The notes: generated by a model not told the origin, from the letters alone. Counted from the stretch's first letter, positions 49,510 to 58,729 are shown. The stretch: DNA of 64,000 nt from a bacterium (GCA_020625875.1 JAHLAX010000005.1:20903-84902), one strand, 5' to 3'. Made by a program: numbers and translations.

Positions 49510-50712
49510 ATGAATAAATTAGCGATAAACGGGGGAGAGCCCGTTCGTAAAAACAAAATATACTACGGAAAACAGTGGATTGACGATAAGGATATTCAGG
49601 CGGTTGTTGATGTTCTGCACAGCGATTTCATTACCTGCGGTCCCAAGATTTCCGAGTTGGAAAAAGTACTTTGCGACTATACGGAAGCAAAATACGCTGT
49701 CGCAGTGTCGAACGGCACGGCGGCGCTCCATTGTGCGTGCTTAGCCGCGGGAATTGGCGAGGGTGATGAAGTTATAACTACTCCTTTGACATTCGCGGCG
49801 AGCGCCAACTGCGCTTTGTACTGCGGCGCAAGACCTGTGTTTGCCGATATTAATCCCGATACATACAATATTGACCCCGACAGTATCCGCTCAAAGATTA
49901 CGCCCAAAACCAAAGCGGTTGTCGCTGTTGATTTTACGGGACAGGCTGTTCAGAATAGAGAAATCCGTGAGATTTGCGACGAGTTCGGTCTTGTGTTTAT
50001 TGAAGACGCCGCTCACGCGATTGGTACAAAGTACGACGGAAAAGGTGTGGGCAGTCTGGCGGATATGACTTGCTTTAGTTTTCATCCCGTAAAGACAATC
50101 ACAGGCGGCGAGGGCGGCGCTGTAACTACCAACAGCAAAGAATATTACGACAAGCTGACACTCGCCAGAACTCACGGCATAACCCATAGCGACGAGCTGA
50201 TGGAGGACGCTCCTCACGAGGGACCGTGGTATTACGAGCAGATTTCGCTCGGATATAATTACAGAATTACCGATTTTCAGGCGGCTTTGATTGTCAGCCA
50301 GATGAGCAAGCTCGAAATTTTTAAAAAGAGAAGGCAGGAGATTGTACAGAAGTACGACGAAGCATTCAGGGACATTCCCGAGATAATTGTTCAGAAGGAA
50401 ATCCCCGAGTCAGATACCTGCCGTCACCTCTATATAATCAAGCTTGATTTAGACAAGCTAAGCTGCACAAGGCGCGAGTTCTTTGACGCTATGAGCGCCG
50501 AGGGTGTTCAATGTCAGATTCACTATGTTCCCGTTTATTGGTTCCCGTATTACAGACGCCTCGGTTATGAGAAGGGCTTATGTCCGAACGCCGAGAAGGT
50601 TTATGAAAGCATAATGAGCATTCCTCTCTATCCGAAAATGACGGATGAGGATGTTAATGACGTAATTAATGCGGTAAGAAAAACAACTGATTATTACAGA
50701 AAGAATAGTTGA
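49510..50712 (+). CDS. pseC: UDP-4-amino-4,6-dideoxy-AltNAc transaminase
   Basis: YGKQWID, FSFHPVK.ITGGEGG, WYYEQ..LGYNYRITD. Confidence 0.92.
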   Translation: MNKLAINGGEPVRKNKIYYGKQWIDDKDIQAVVDVLHSDFITCGPKISELEKVLCDYTEAKYAVAVSNGTAALHCACLAAGIGEGDEVITTPLTFAASANCALYCGARPVFADINPDTYNIDPDSIRSKITPKTKAVVAVDFTGQAVQNREIREICDEFGLVFIEDAAHAIGTKYDGKGVGSLADMTCFSFHPVKTITGGEGGAVTTNSKEYYDKLTLARTHGITHSDELMEDAPHEGPWYYEQISLGYNYRITDFQAALIVSQMSKLEIFKKRRQEIVQKYDEAFRDIPEIIVQKEIPESDTCRHLYIIKLDLDKLSCTRREFFDAMSAEGVQCQIHYVPVYWFPYYRRLGYEKGLCPNAEKVYESIMSIPLYPKMTDEDVNDVINAVRKTTDYYRKNS

Positions 50713-50713
50713 T

Positions 50714-51412
50714 ATGAAGAGCATTGCGATTATAACTGCACGCGGCGGTTCAAAGAGAATTCCGCGAAAAAACATCAAAGACTTTTGCGGGAAGCCGATT
50801 ATTGCGTACAGCATTGAGGCGGCGCTTAAGGCGGGTGTGTTTGATACCGTAATGGTATCTACCGATGATGAGGAAATAGCAGAAATTGCAAAGCGTTACG
50901 GCGCGGATGTTCCGTTTCTTAGAAGTGCGGAAACCAGCAACGACTATGCTACAACAGCTGATGTTATAAACGAAGTTCTCGGAGAATACAAAAACAGAGG
51001 AATAGTATTTGATTGCTTTGCCTGTATTTACCCTACGGCTCCGTTTTTAACAGCGAAGAAGTTGTCGGAAGCAATGGGTAATCTTCTTGCGGAAGAAGCG
51101 GATGCGGTTATTTCTGTAGTAAAGTATAGTTTTCCGCCTCAAAGAGCTTTTGTCATCAGAGGATATAAAATTGCTTATCAATTCCCTGAATATGAAAGGA
51201 CAAGAAGCCAGGACTTAGAGCCGATTTTTCATGATTGCGGACAGTTTTATATGTGTATGTGTGATGCTTTTCTTGAGCATAATTCATTGATTCTTCCTAA
51301 AACAATCCCGTATATCATTTCGGAAGAAGAAGTGCAGGATATTGATACAGTTTCAGATTGGAGAATTGCTGAAGCAAAATATAAGGTTTTTTCTTCTAAA
51401 ATCGGAGATTAG
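50714..51412 (+). CDS. pseF: CMP-pseudaminic acid synthetase
   Basis: ARGGSKRIPRKNIK, CIYPTAPF, RSQDLE, HDCGQFY, QDIDT. Confidence 0.92.
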   Translation: MKSIAIITARGGSKRIPRKNIKDFCGKPIIAYSIEAALKAGVFDTVMVSTDDEEIAEIAKRYGADVPFLRSAETSNDYATTADVINEVLGEYKNRGIVFDCFACIYPTAPFLTAKKLSEAMGNLLAEEADAVISVVKYSFPPQRAFVIRGYKIAYQFPEYERTRSQDLEPIFHDCGQFYMCMCDAFLEHNSLILPKTIPYIISEEEVQDIDTVSDWRIAEAKYKVFSSKIGD

Positions 51413-51417
51413 GATTT

Positions 51418-52452
51418 ATGTTTAGAGTATATGACAAAATAAACTCGGACAAGGTTTATTTCATAGCTGAGATGAGCGCTAATCACGGCGGCAAAATTGA
51501 AAACGCCCTCGAGATTGTGCGTGAGGCGGCAAAGGCGGGAGCTGACTGTGTAAAGATTCAGACCTACACCGCCGATACCATTACCATTGACTGTAAAAAC
51601 GATTATTTTAAAATCAAGGGCGGTCTGTGGGACGGCTATTATCTCCACGATTTGTATAACGACGCTTATACACCGTGGGAGTGGCAGGCTAGAATCAAAG
51701 AGGAATGTGAGAAATGCGGAGTGGATTTTCTTTCCACACCATTTGATAATACCGCCGTTGATTTTCTTGAAAGTATAGGCTGTGAAGCTTACAAAATCGC
51801 GAGCTTTGAGCTTGTGGATGTTCCGTTGATTGAGTACGCGGCGTCAAAGGGCAAGCCGATGATTATCTCGACGGGTATGGGCTCTGTTGAAGAAATTCAG
51901 GACGCTGTCGATGCGTGCGGGCGAATGGGCAACAATCAGGTTATCCTGCTCAAGTGCACCAGCGAATATCCTGCCGTTTGGAAGGATATGCACCTCAAAA
52001 ACATTCACGATATGCAAAAACGATTCGGCGTGCCTGTCGGTCTTTCCGACCACAGCGCGGGCAGCTTAGGCGCGGTTGTTGGCGCGACATTGGGCGCTTG
52101 TGTAATTGAAAAGCATATAAAAATGTCCTCGGTCGAAAGTGCCGACAGCGATTTCAGTATGACTATAGAAGAATTCGCTCAAATGGTTGAGGACGTCAAT
52201 AACGCCAAAGCCATAGCTCAGGGACCAGACTACTCGCTGACAGACGGTGAGAAAGCCTCTCTTAAATTTCGCCGAAGCCTATTCGCCGTAAAAGACATTA
52301 AGTCAGGTGAAGCGTTTACCGCCGAGAATGTGAGAAGCATAAGACCGAGCAGTGGAATAAGCTGTAAGTATTATAAAGATATTATAGGAAAGAAAGCAAA
52401 GACTGATATTCCTTTCGGTACACCTCTTGATTTTGAAATGATTTCGGAGTAA
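51418..52452 (+). CDS. pseI: Pseudaminic acid synthase
   Basis: IAEMSANH, KIQTYTADT, YKIASFE, GLSDH, IEKH, C-terminal SAF domain RRSLF..IRP. Confidence 0.93.
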   Translation: MFRVYDKINSDKVYFIAEMSANHGGKIENALEIVREAAKAGADCVKIQTYTADTITIDCKNDYFKIKGGLWDGYYLHDLYNDAYTPWEWQARIKEECEKCGVDFLSTPFDNTAVDFLESIGCEAYKIASFELVDVPLIEYAASKGKPMIISTGMGSVEEIQDAVDACGRMGNNQVILLKCTSEYPAVWKDMHLKNIHDMQKRFGVPVGLSDHSAGSLGAVVGATLGACVIEKHIKMSSVESADSDFSMTIEEFAQMVEDVNNAKAIAQGPDYSLTDGEKASLKFRRSLFAVKDIKSGEAFTAENVRSIRPSSGISCKYYKDIIGKKAKTDIPFGTPLDFEMISE

Positions 52453-52454
52453 TT

Positions 52455-52922
52455 ATGGAATCGGACAGACTGTTTTTCAGAGAGATAACGGAGAACGACG
52501 CGGAGTTGATTGTAGGCTGGCGTTCCGATTTTGAGACGTACAGGTATTTTCTTAATCCGCACAAAATAACGCTTGAAGAACACCTTAACTGGTACAGAAA
52601 CTCATACCTGAACAACGATAGTAGAACAGAGTTCATCGCGTTAAAAAAAGATACAAACAAGCCTGTCGGCGCGTTCGGACTGATTTTTTCGGAAGAAACT
52701 GTTGAGGTGAATTATCTTTTAGATAAAGAATACCGCGGCAAGGGTTATGCCGCGGAGGCGGTCAGTTATCTAATAGCTTATGCCAAAGAAACACGACAGG
52801 TAACAAAAGCTATCGCTGAGGTTCATAAAGAAAACAAACCCTCGCTTTCTCTCATAGAGCGTTTGGGCTTTTCGGAGTCAAAACGCGACGGAGATATTAT
52901 TGTTTTTGAGAAGGATATATGA
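52455..52922 (+). CDS. pseH: GNAT N-acetyltransferase (PseH-like)
   Basis: IVGWRS, ITLEEHLNWY, RGKGYA; located between pseI and pseG. Confidence 0.75.
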   Translation: MESDRLFFREITENDAELIVGWRSDFETYRYFLNPHKITLEEHLNWYRNSYLNNDSRTEFIALKKDTNKPVGAFGLIFSEETVEVNYLLDKEYRGKGYAAEAVSYLIAYAKETRQVTKAIAEVHKENKPSLSLIERLGFSESKRDGDIIVFEKDI

Positions 52923-53971
52923 TACTATTCAGAGCGGACGGAAATGAAAAAATAGGATTAGGGCATATAATGCGCTGCCTCTCAATTGCGCAGGCTTTGC
53001 GTGATAGCGGGGCAGAGGCGCGTTTCGTTGCGGCTGACCACAGGTGCGAGCCTATTATAACTCAAAAGGGCTTTGAATGTATTGTTTTAAATACCGATTA
53101 CTCCGATATGGAGTCGGAATTCAGCGCTTTTGAAAGAGTTATTGAGGAGCTAAAGCCCGAGATTATCGTCATAGACAGTTATTATGTGACCGAGAATTAC
53201 CTGAAGAGTATAGGAAAGCAAGCAAAAACAGTATATATCGATGATGTGCTAGCTTTCGCGTACCCTGTTGATATTCTGATAAACTATAATGTTTTCAGCT
53301 CTCAGACTGATTATGACGAATTATACAAAAGAGCAGAGGAAAAACCGCGTTTTGTTCTGGGAACCGATTATGTTCCTTTGAGAAAAGAGTTCTCGGATTG
53401 CGCGTACAGGAAGCCCGAAAGGGTTAAAAACATTCTTGTGTCAACGGGCGGAGCGGATACGCGTCATATTGCGGTTAAGCTTTTGGAGTATCTGAACGAC
53501 AATCCCGAAAAGCTTAGCGATTATTGCTTGAAGTTTATTGTCGGTTCGGTGAACAGGGACATTGAAAGAATAAAAGAATTGTCAGATAATCTGCCGAACA
53601 TTGAATTGATGATTGACGTAAAGAATATGAAAGAGTTGATGTGCGGCTGTGACTTGGCTGTTTCGGCGGCGGGCAGTACGCTCTATGAGCTCTGCGTGTG
53701 CTCTGTTCCGACTATAACTTATGTCATAGCGGATAATCAACTGCAAGCGGCGAGAGCGTTTGAGCAAAAAGGCTTGATGGTTAATGTCGGCGATTTGCGT
53801 GATAAAGAAAACGTCGGAGAAGTATTATATAATTCTATAAAAGAATTAATAGATAGTGGCAAAAAAAGAGAGTCGATGGTAAAATCAGCATATGAGCTGA
53901 TTAATAAAGACGGCTCAAATAAAATAGCGAATATTATAAAGAACAACACTTCCAAAAAAGAGTTTTTATAA
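52919..53971 (+). CDS. pseG: UDP-2,4-diacetamido-2,4,6-trideoxy-altrose hydrolase
   Basis: FRADG..IGLGHIMRC, IDSY, YIDD, STGGAD, SAAGSTLYE, ADNQ. Confidence 0.9.
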   Translation: MILFRADGNEKIGLGHIMRCLSIAQALRDSGAEARFVAADHRCEPIITQKGFECIVLNTDYSDMESEFSAFERVIEELKPEIIVIDSYYVTENYLKSIGKQAKTVYIDDVLAFAYPVDILINYNVFSSQTDYDELYKRAEEKPRFVLGTDYVPLRKEFSDCAYRKPERVKNILVSTGGADTRHIAVKLLEYLNDNPEKLSDYCLKFIVGSVNRDIERIKELSDNLPNIELMIDVKNMKELMCGCDLAVSAAGSTLYELCVCSVPTITYVIADNQLQAARAFEQKGLMVNVGDLRDKENVGEVLYNSIKELIDSGKKRESMVKSAYELINKDGSNKIANIIKNNTSKKEFL

Positions 53972-54034
53972 GGCGAGGTTTGCCACATAGGCTTCCAGAG
54001 GTTATTGTTGTTTTGTCCTTATAACGGAGGATTT

Positions 54035-54120
54035 ATGAAAGGCATTTTTTAGCAGGTGAGCATATGCCTTTATCGGCTCAAACTTTGTATTTCATATGCT
54101 GAAAAATTCCCCGATTACAG
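54035..54120 (+). pseudogene. Scar made of rmlA and rmlB 5' fragments
   Basis: ggagg RBS + atgaaaggcattttttagcagg matches rmlA 33746-33768 with a 1-nt deletion; 54068-54120 matches rmlB 34765-34818 (FIGSNFVFHML). Confidence 0.85.
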
Positions 54121-54165
54121 TATAAAAGGGCGGTTACCCCTGGGAATAAGTCAAAATATACAATT

Positions 54166-54198
54166 CGGAAGTCAGTTGAGCGCTGACTTCCGTTTTTT
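54166..54198 (+). terminator. Intrinsic terminator closing cassette 2
   Basis: cggaagtcag-ttgagcg-ctgacttccg followed by tttttt. Confidence 0.85.
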
Positions 54199-54301
54199 CT
54201 GCTCAAAAAAATTTATCGTAAAGATTTTTGAATAAAAAAACCGTGCTTTTTTAGTATTATTAGGTCAAGTTTAACGAGGTTATAAAAATTGAAAAATCGA
54301 G

Positions 54302-54330
54302 TTGAATTGTGGGAATAAATGTGATAGAAT
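54302..54330 (+). promoter_or_regulatory. Sigma-A promoter of the phosphonate operon
   Basis: TTGAAT-17 nt-TAGAAT with extended TG. Confidence 0.7.
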
Positions 54331-54394
54331 AAAATGAAAACTAAAATTTATAGTTTACCTATGATTATTTTCTCAAAAAAGGGAGGATTTACCT

Positions 54395-56404
54395 ATGAAA
54401 GCACTTATTCTGAACTCAGGATTAGGCAGCCGTATGGGTCTGTTTACTTCTGAACACCCCAAATGTATGACCGAGATCAGTTTTTCGGATACTATTCTCA
54501 GCCGCCAGCTAAAGCAGATTGCCTCGGCGGGAATAAAAGAAGTTGTAATGACAACAGGTTATTATGACGGTATTCTTGAAGAGTATTGCAGAAAGCTCGA
54601 GCTGCCGTTAGAGTTTACATTCGTAAAGAATCCTGTTTATGACAAGACAAACTACATCTACTCAATCTACTGCGCCAGAGAGTATCTCGACGACGATATT
54701 CTGCTTATGCACGGCGACCTTGTTTTTGAGAACAGTGTGTTTGACGATATGATGAAGAACGAGGAGAGCTGCGTTACAGTCAGCTCAACACTCCCGCTCC
54801 CCGAAAAGGACTTCAAGGCGGTTGTTAAGGACGGCAAGGTTGTAAAGGTCGGCATCGAGTTCTTTGATGACGCTGTAGCCGCTCAGCCCTTGTACAAGCT
54901 CAACAAGGAAGACTGGAAGGTATGGCTCGACAAGATTGTTGAGTTCTGTGAGGACGACAACACAGGCTGCTACGCCGAGAACGCTCTCAACGAGGTTTCG
55001 GACAAGTGCAACATCGTTCCCTTTGACGTTGACGACAGACTTTGCTCCGAGATAGACAATCCCGAGGATCTGAAGGCTGTTTCGGACAAGCTCTACGAGA
55101 TAGAGAACCGTATCGTATATATGACATTCTCAACCGACATTCTCCACAGCGGTCATATCGCGATTATCAATAAGGCTAAGCGCCTCGGTAAGCTTATGAT
55201 TGGCTTGCTCACAGATGAGGCGATTGTCAGCTACAAGCGCTATCCGCTCATTCCTTTCTCAGAGAGAAAGAGTATGTTTGAGAATATCGCGGGCGTATAT
55301 AAGATTGTTGAGCAGAACAAGCTCAGCTACAAAGAGAATCTTGAGAAGTATAAACCCGACTATGTTGTACACGGCGACGACTGGTGCTCAGGCTACCAGA
55401 AGCCCATCCGCGACGAGGTCACATCCGTGCTCGCTTCCTACGGCGGCAAGCTCGTAGAGTTCCCTTACTCAAAGGATGAAAAGTATGACGAGATTGACAA
55501 GCGCGCCAAGGCTGAGCTCTCAACTCCCGACGTTCGTCGCTCAAGACTGAGAAAGGTCCTCGCTATGAAGGGCACAATCAGCGCTATGGAGGCTCACTCA
55601 GGTCTTACAGGTCTTATTGTTGAGAATACCAAAGTTGAAGAAAACGGCGGCGTTCGCCAATTCGACGCTATGTGGGTAAGCTCGCTGTGCGACTCTACAG
55701 CCAAGGGTAAGCCCGACATCGAGCTCGTTGATATGACATCACGTTTCAGAACGATTGATGATATTTGTGAGGTTACAACCAAGCCCATTATCTTCGACGG
55801 AGATACAGGCGGACTCACAGAGCACTTTGTATACACAGTACGCTCTCTCGAGAGAATGGGCGTTTCGATGGTAATCATTGAGGACAAGACAGGTCTTAAG
55901 AAGAACAGCCTCTTTGGTACCGAGGTACAGCAGACACAGGCGGCTATCCCCGATTTCTGCGAAAAGATTAAGGCTGGTAAAAAGGCTCAGAGAACCAAGG
56001 AGTTTATGATTTGCGCCAGAATCGAGAGCCTTATCCTCGAGCAGGGTATGGACGACGCGCTCGAAAGAGCCTTCGCGTTTGCCGAGGCGGGCGCTGACGC
56101 TATTATGATTCACAGCCGTAAGAAAGACCCCTCAGAAATCTTTGAGTTTGTTGAAAAATTCCGCGAGAAGGACGCTACAACCCCGATTGTTGTAGTTCCC
56201 ACATCGTTCAATACAGTTACCGAGGAAGAATTCAAGGAGCGCGGCGTTAACATCGTAATCTACGCCAACCAGCTCACACGTACAGGCTTCCCCGCGATGC
56301 AGAACGCGGCTGAGACAATCCTCAAGAACCACCGCGCTAAGGAATGTGACGACATCTGTATGCCGTTTAAGGATATTATCCGACTCATTCCCGAGGACGT
56401 TTGA
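54395..56404 (+). CDS. pepM: PEP phosphomutase fused to LicC/PntC-like nucleotidyltransferase and HxGH cytidylyltransferase domains
   Basis: N-terminal LNSGLGSRMG..PKC; middle DILHSGH and VVHGDDW; C-terminal EAHSGL, DGDTGG, EDKTGLKKNS (EDKx5NS), ARIES. Confidence 0.95.
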   Translation: MKALILNSGLGSRMGLFTSEHPKCMTEISFSDTILSRQLKQIASAGIKEVVMTTGYYDGILEEYCRKLELPLEFTFVKNPVYDKTNYIYSIYCAREYLDDDILLMHGDLVFENSVFDDMMKNEESCVTVSSTLPLPEKDFKAVVKDGKVVKVGIEFFDDAVAAQPLYKLNKEDWKVWLDKIVEFCEDDNTGCYAENALNEVSDKCNIVPFDVDDRLCSEIDNPEDLKAVSDKLYEIENRIVYMTFSTDILHSGHIAIINKAKRLGKLMIGLLTDEAIVSYKRYPLIPFSERKSMFENIAGVYKIVEQNKLSYKENLEKYKPDYVVHGDDWCSGYQKPIRDEVTSVLASYGGKLVEFPYSKDEKYDEIDKRAKAELSTPDVRRSRLRKVLAMKGTISAMEAHSGLTGLIVENTKVEENGGVRQFDAMWVSSLCDSTAKGKPDIELVDMTSRFRTIDDICEVTTKPIIFDGDTGGLTEHFVYTVRSLERMGVSMVIIEDKTGLKKNSLFGTEVQQTQAAIPDFCEKIKAGKKAQRTKEFMICARIESLILEQGMDDALERAFAFAEAGADAIMIHSRKKDPSEIFEFVEKFREKDATTPIVVVPTSFNTVTEEEFKERGVNIVIYANQLTRTGFPAMQNAAETILKNHRAKECDDICMPFKDIIRLIPEDV

Positions 56405-56405
56405 T

Positions 56406-57506
56406 ATGCAGAACATAATTACAGTGACGGGTGATTATTCACCCGTCAAAGAGTTTTTTGAGTCACAGGGCTTTAAAAAGATATTTCTGGTATGCGACAG
56501 CTCGTATCAGTTTTTAAAAATATCCGAGCTGTTTGACTCGCTTGATAATATAGTCAAGTTCTCGGACTTTGCTCCGAATCCCGATTATGAATCGGTCAAA
56601 AAAGCAGTAGCGCTTTACAGAAGCGAGGGCTGCGACTCAATTGTCGCTCTCGGCGGCGGCAGCGCTATGGATTTGGCAAAATGTGTAAAGCTCTATGCCG
56701 AAATGAACGACGATGAGGAGTATATCAATCAGGAGATTGTCCCCAATGATATTCCTTTGACAGCTATCCCTACAACTGCGGGCACAGGCAGCGAGGCTAC
56801 GCGCTACGCGGTTATCTACTATAAAGGCGCCAAGCAGAGCGTTACCGATTACAGCTGTATTCCCTCAACCGTTGTGTTTGACGCTTCGGCGCTGACTACG
56901 CTTCCGATGTATCAGAAGAAGGCGACAATGCTTGACGCTTTGTGCCACAGCATAGAATCCTTCTGGTCGGTTAACTCAACAGACGAGAGCAAGGAGTATT
57001 CAAAAGAAGCTATCGGGATGATTCTCGACAACTTTGACGCTTATATCGGCAACAAAACCGAGGGCAACATCAATATGCTCAAGGCGGCGAACCTCGCTGG
57101 CAAGGCGATTAACATCACCCAGACCACAGCGGGACACGCTATGTGCTATAAGCTTACAAGCCTTTACGGCGTCGCTCACGGGCACGCGGCGGCTATGTGC
57201 GTGCGCAAACTTATGCCTTATATGGTCGCTAACACCGACAAGTGCGTTGACCCGAGAGGCAGGGAGTATCTCGACGGTATTTTCTCAGAGATAGCGGGCG
57301 CTATGGGCTGTAATTCAGCCGACGAGATGTGCTCTAAGTTCAACAGCATTTTTGATTCTTTGGAGCTTGCGATTCCCGAGCATACCGACGAGGACATCAA
57401 GATTCTGTCCGAATCGGTTAATCCCGTAAGGCTTAAGAATAACCCTGTCGGTCTCAGCTCCGACGCTATAGAAAATCTGTATAAACAAATTTTGTCAAAA
57501 GGTTAA
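56406..57506 (+). CDS. Iron-containing alcohol dehydrogenase, phosphonoacetaldehyde reductase-like
   Basis: GGGSAMDLAK, PTTAGTGSE, DALCHSIES, TTAGH, HGHA, RLKNNP; located between pepM and ppd. Confidence 0.88.
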   Translation: MQNIITVTGDYSPVKEFFESQGFKKIFLVCDSSYQFLKISELFDSLDNIVKFSDFAPNPDYESVKKAVALYRSEGCDSIVALGGGSAMDLAKCVKLYAEMNDDEEYINQEIVPNDIPLTAIPTTAGTGSEATRYAVIYYKGAKQSVTDYSCIPSTVVFDASALTTLPMYQKKATMLDALCHSIESFWSVNSTDESKEYSKEAIGMILDNFDAYIGNKTEGNINMLKAANLAGKAINITQTTAGHAMCYKLTSLYGVAHGHAAAMCVRKLMPYMVANTDKCVDPRGREYLDGIFSEIAGAMGCNSADEMCSKFNSIFDSLELAIPEHTDEDIKILSESVNPVRLKNNPVGLSSDAIENLYKQILSKG

Positions 57507-57516
57507 AAGGTGAATT

Positions 57517-58635
57517 ATGAAAGTTGAAAAATTACTTGAAATTATAGGTTCCGACTTTTACACAGGCGTGCCTGATTCTCAGCTCAAGGCGCTTTGCGAC
57601 TACCTTATGAACACATACGGTATCGACAAGCACCACCACGTAATTGCGGCTAACGAGGGCAACTGCACAGCTTTGGCAGCGGGTTATCACCTCGCTACAG
57701 GTAAGGTGCCCGTAGTATATATGCAGAACAGCGGCGAGGGCAATATTATCAATCCCGTCGCTTCGCTTCTTAACGATAAGGTTTACGCTATTCCTATGGT
57801 ATTTATTATCGGCTGGCGCGGTGAGCCGGGAGTTCACGACGAGCCCCAGCACATCTATCAGGGTGAGGTAACAATCAAGCTGATGGAGGATATGGGCGTT
57901 AAGACCTTCGCTATCGGCAAGGACACAACCGATGAAGAGGTTGAGAAGGTAATGGAAGATTACCGCAAGATTCTTGCCGAGGGTAAGGACGTTGCTTTTG
58001 TAATCCGCAAGGGTGCTCTCGAGTACGGCGAGAAGGTTATTTATAAGAACGATAACGAGATGGTTCGTGAGGATATTATCCGCCATATCGCTCAGGCGAC
58101 AGGCGAGGATCCGATTGTTTCAACAACAGGTAAGGCGAGCCGTGAGCTCTTTGAAATCAGAGAGGCTAACGGTCAGAGCCACAAGTACGACTTCCTCACA
58201 GTCGGCTCAATGGGTCACAGTTCATCAATTGCTCTGGGCGTAGCTTTTAACAAGCCCGACAGAAAAATCTGGTGTGTAGACGGCGACGGCGCCGCTCTGA
58301 TGCACCTCGGCGCCATGGCTGTTGTCGGCGCTAACAAGCCCGAGAATATGGTTCATATCGTTATCAATAACGGCGCTCACGAAACAGTAGGCGGTATGCC
58401 TACAGTAGCGACCGCTATGGACATCGTGGCTGTAGCGAAAGCCTGCGGCTATCCCAACGCTGTTTGTGTTGATACCTTTGAGGCTCTCGACAAGGAGCTT
58501 GAAATTGCCAAAAACCGCAACGAGCTCAGCCTTATTGAGGTTAAGTGCTCAATCGGCGCGAGAGCCGACCTCGGCAGACCTACAACTACAGCTCTCGAGA
58601 ACAAACAGAACTTTATGAATTATCTTGCTGAATAA
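57517..58635 (+). CDS. aepY: Phosphonopyruvate decarboxylase
   Basis: TGVPDSQL, ANEG, YMQNSG.GN, GWRGEPG.HDEPQH, VGSMGH, DGDGAALM, LGRP. Confidence 0.95.
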   Translation: MKVEKLLEIIGSDFYTGVPDSQLKALCDYLMNTYGIDKHHHVIAANEGNCTALAAGYHLATGKVPVVYMQNSGEGNIINPVASLLNDKVYAIPMVFIIGWRGEPGVHDEPQHIYQGEVTIKLMEDMGVKTFAIGKDTTDEEVEKVMEDYRKILAEGKDVAFVIRKGALEYGEKVIYKNDNEMVREDIIRHIAQATGEDPIVSTTGKASRELFEIREANGQSHKYDFLTVGSMGHSSSIALGVAFNKPDRKIWCVDGDGAALMHLGAMAVVGANKPENMVHIVINNGAHETVGGMPTVATAMDIVAVAKACGYPNAVCVDTFEALDKELEIAKNRNELSLIEVKCSIGARADLGRPTTTALENKQNFMNYLAE

Positions 58636-58641
58636 TTTATT

Positions 58642-58672
58642 GAGCCATCACATTAGGTGATGGCTCTTCTTA
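58642..58672 (+). terminator. Hairpin downstream of ppd
   Basis: gagccatcac-attag-gtgatggctc followed by ttctt. Confidence 0.7.
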
Positions 58673-58701
58673 ATTGTTAAAACGTGTTCTTTGATAAAAC
58701 T

Positions 58702-58729
58702 GTAGGGGAGCGGCAGAGCAACTCCCCTA
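58702..58729. repeat. GTAG-type REP-like hairpin
   Basis: gtaggggagcggcagagcaactccccta; the interior is nearly the reverse complement of the copy at 3353. Confidence 0.55.

Noticed and set aside
4511-53971. Assignment as spore-coat polysaccharide because of the spoVT linkage
   Set aside because: Both operons have canonical sigma-A promoters and are transcribed away from spoVT; no mother-cell sigma-E/K promoter was recognised.
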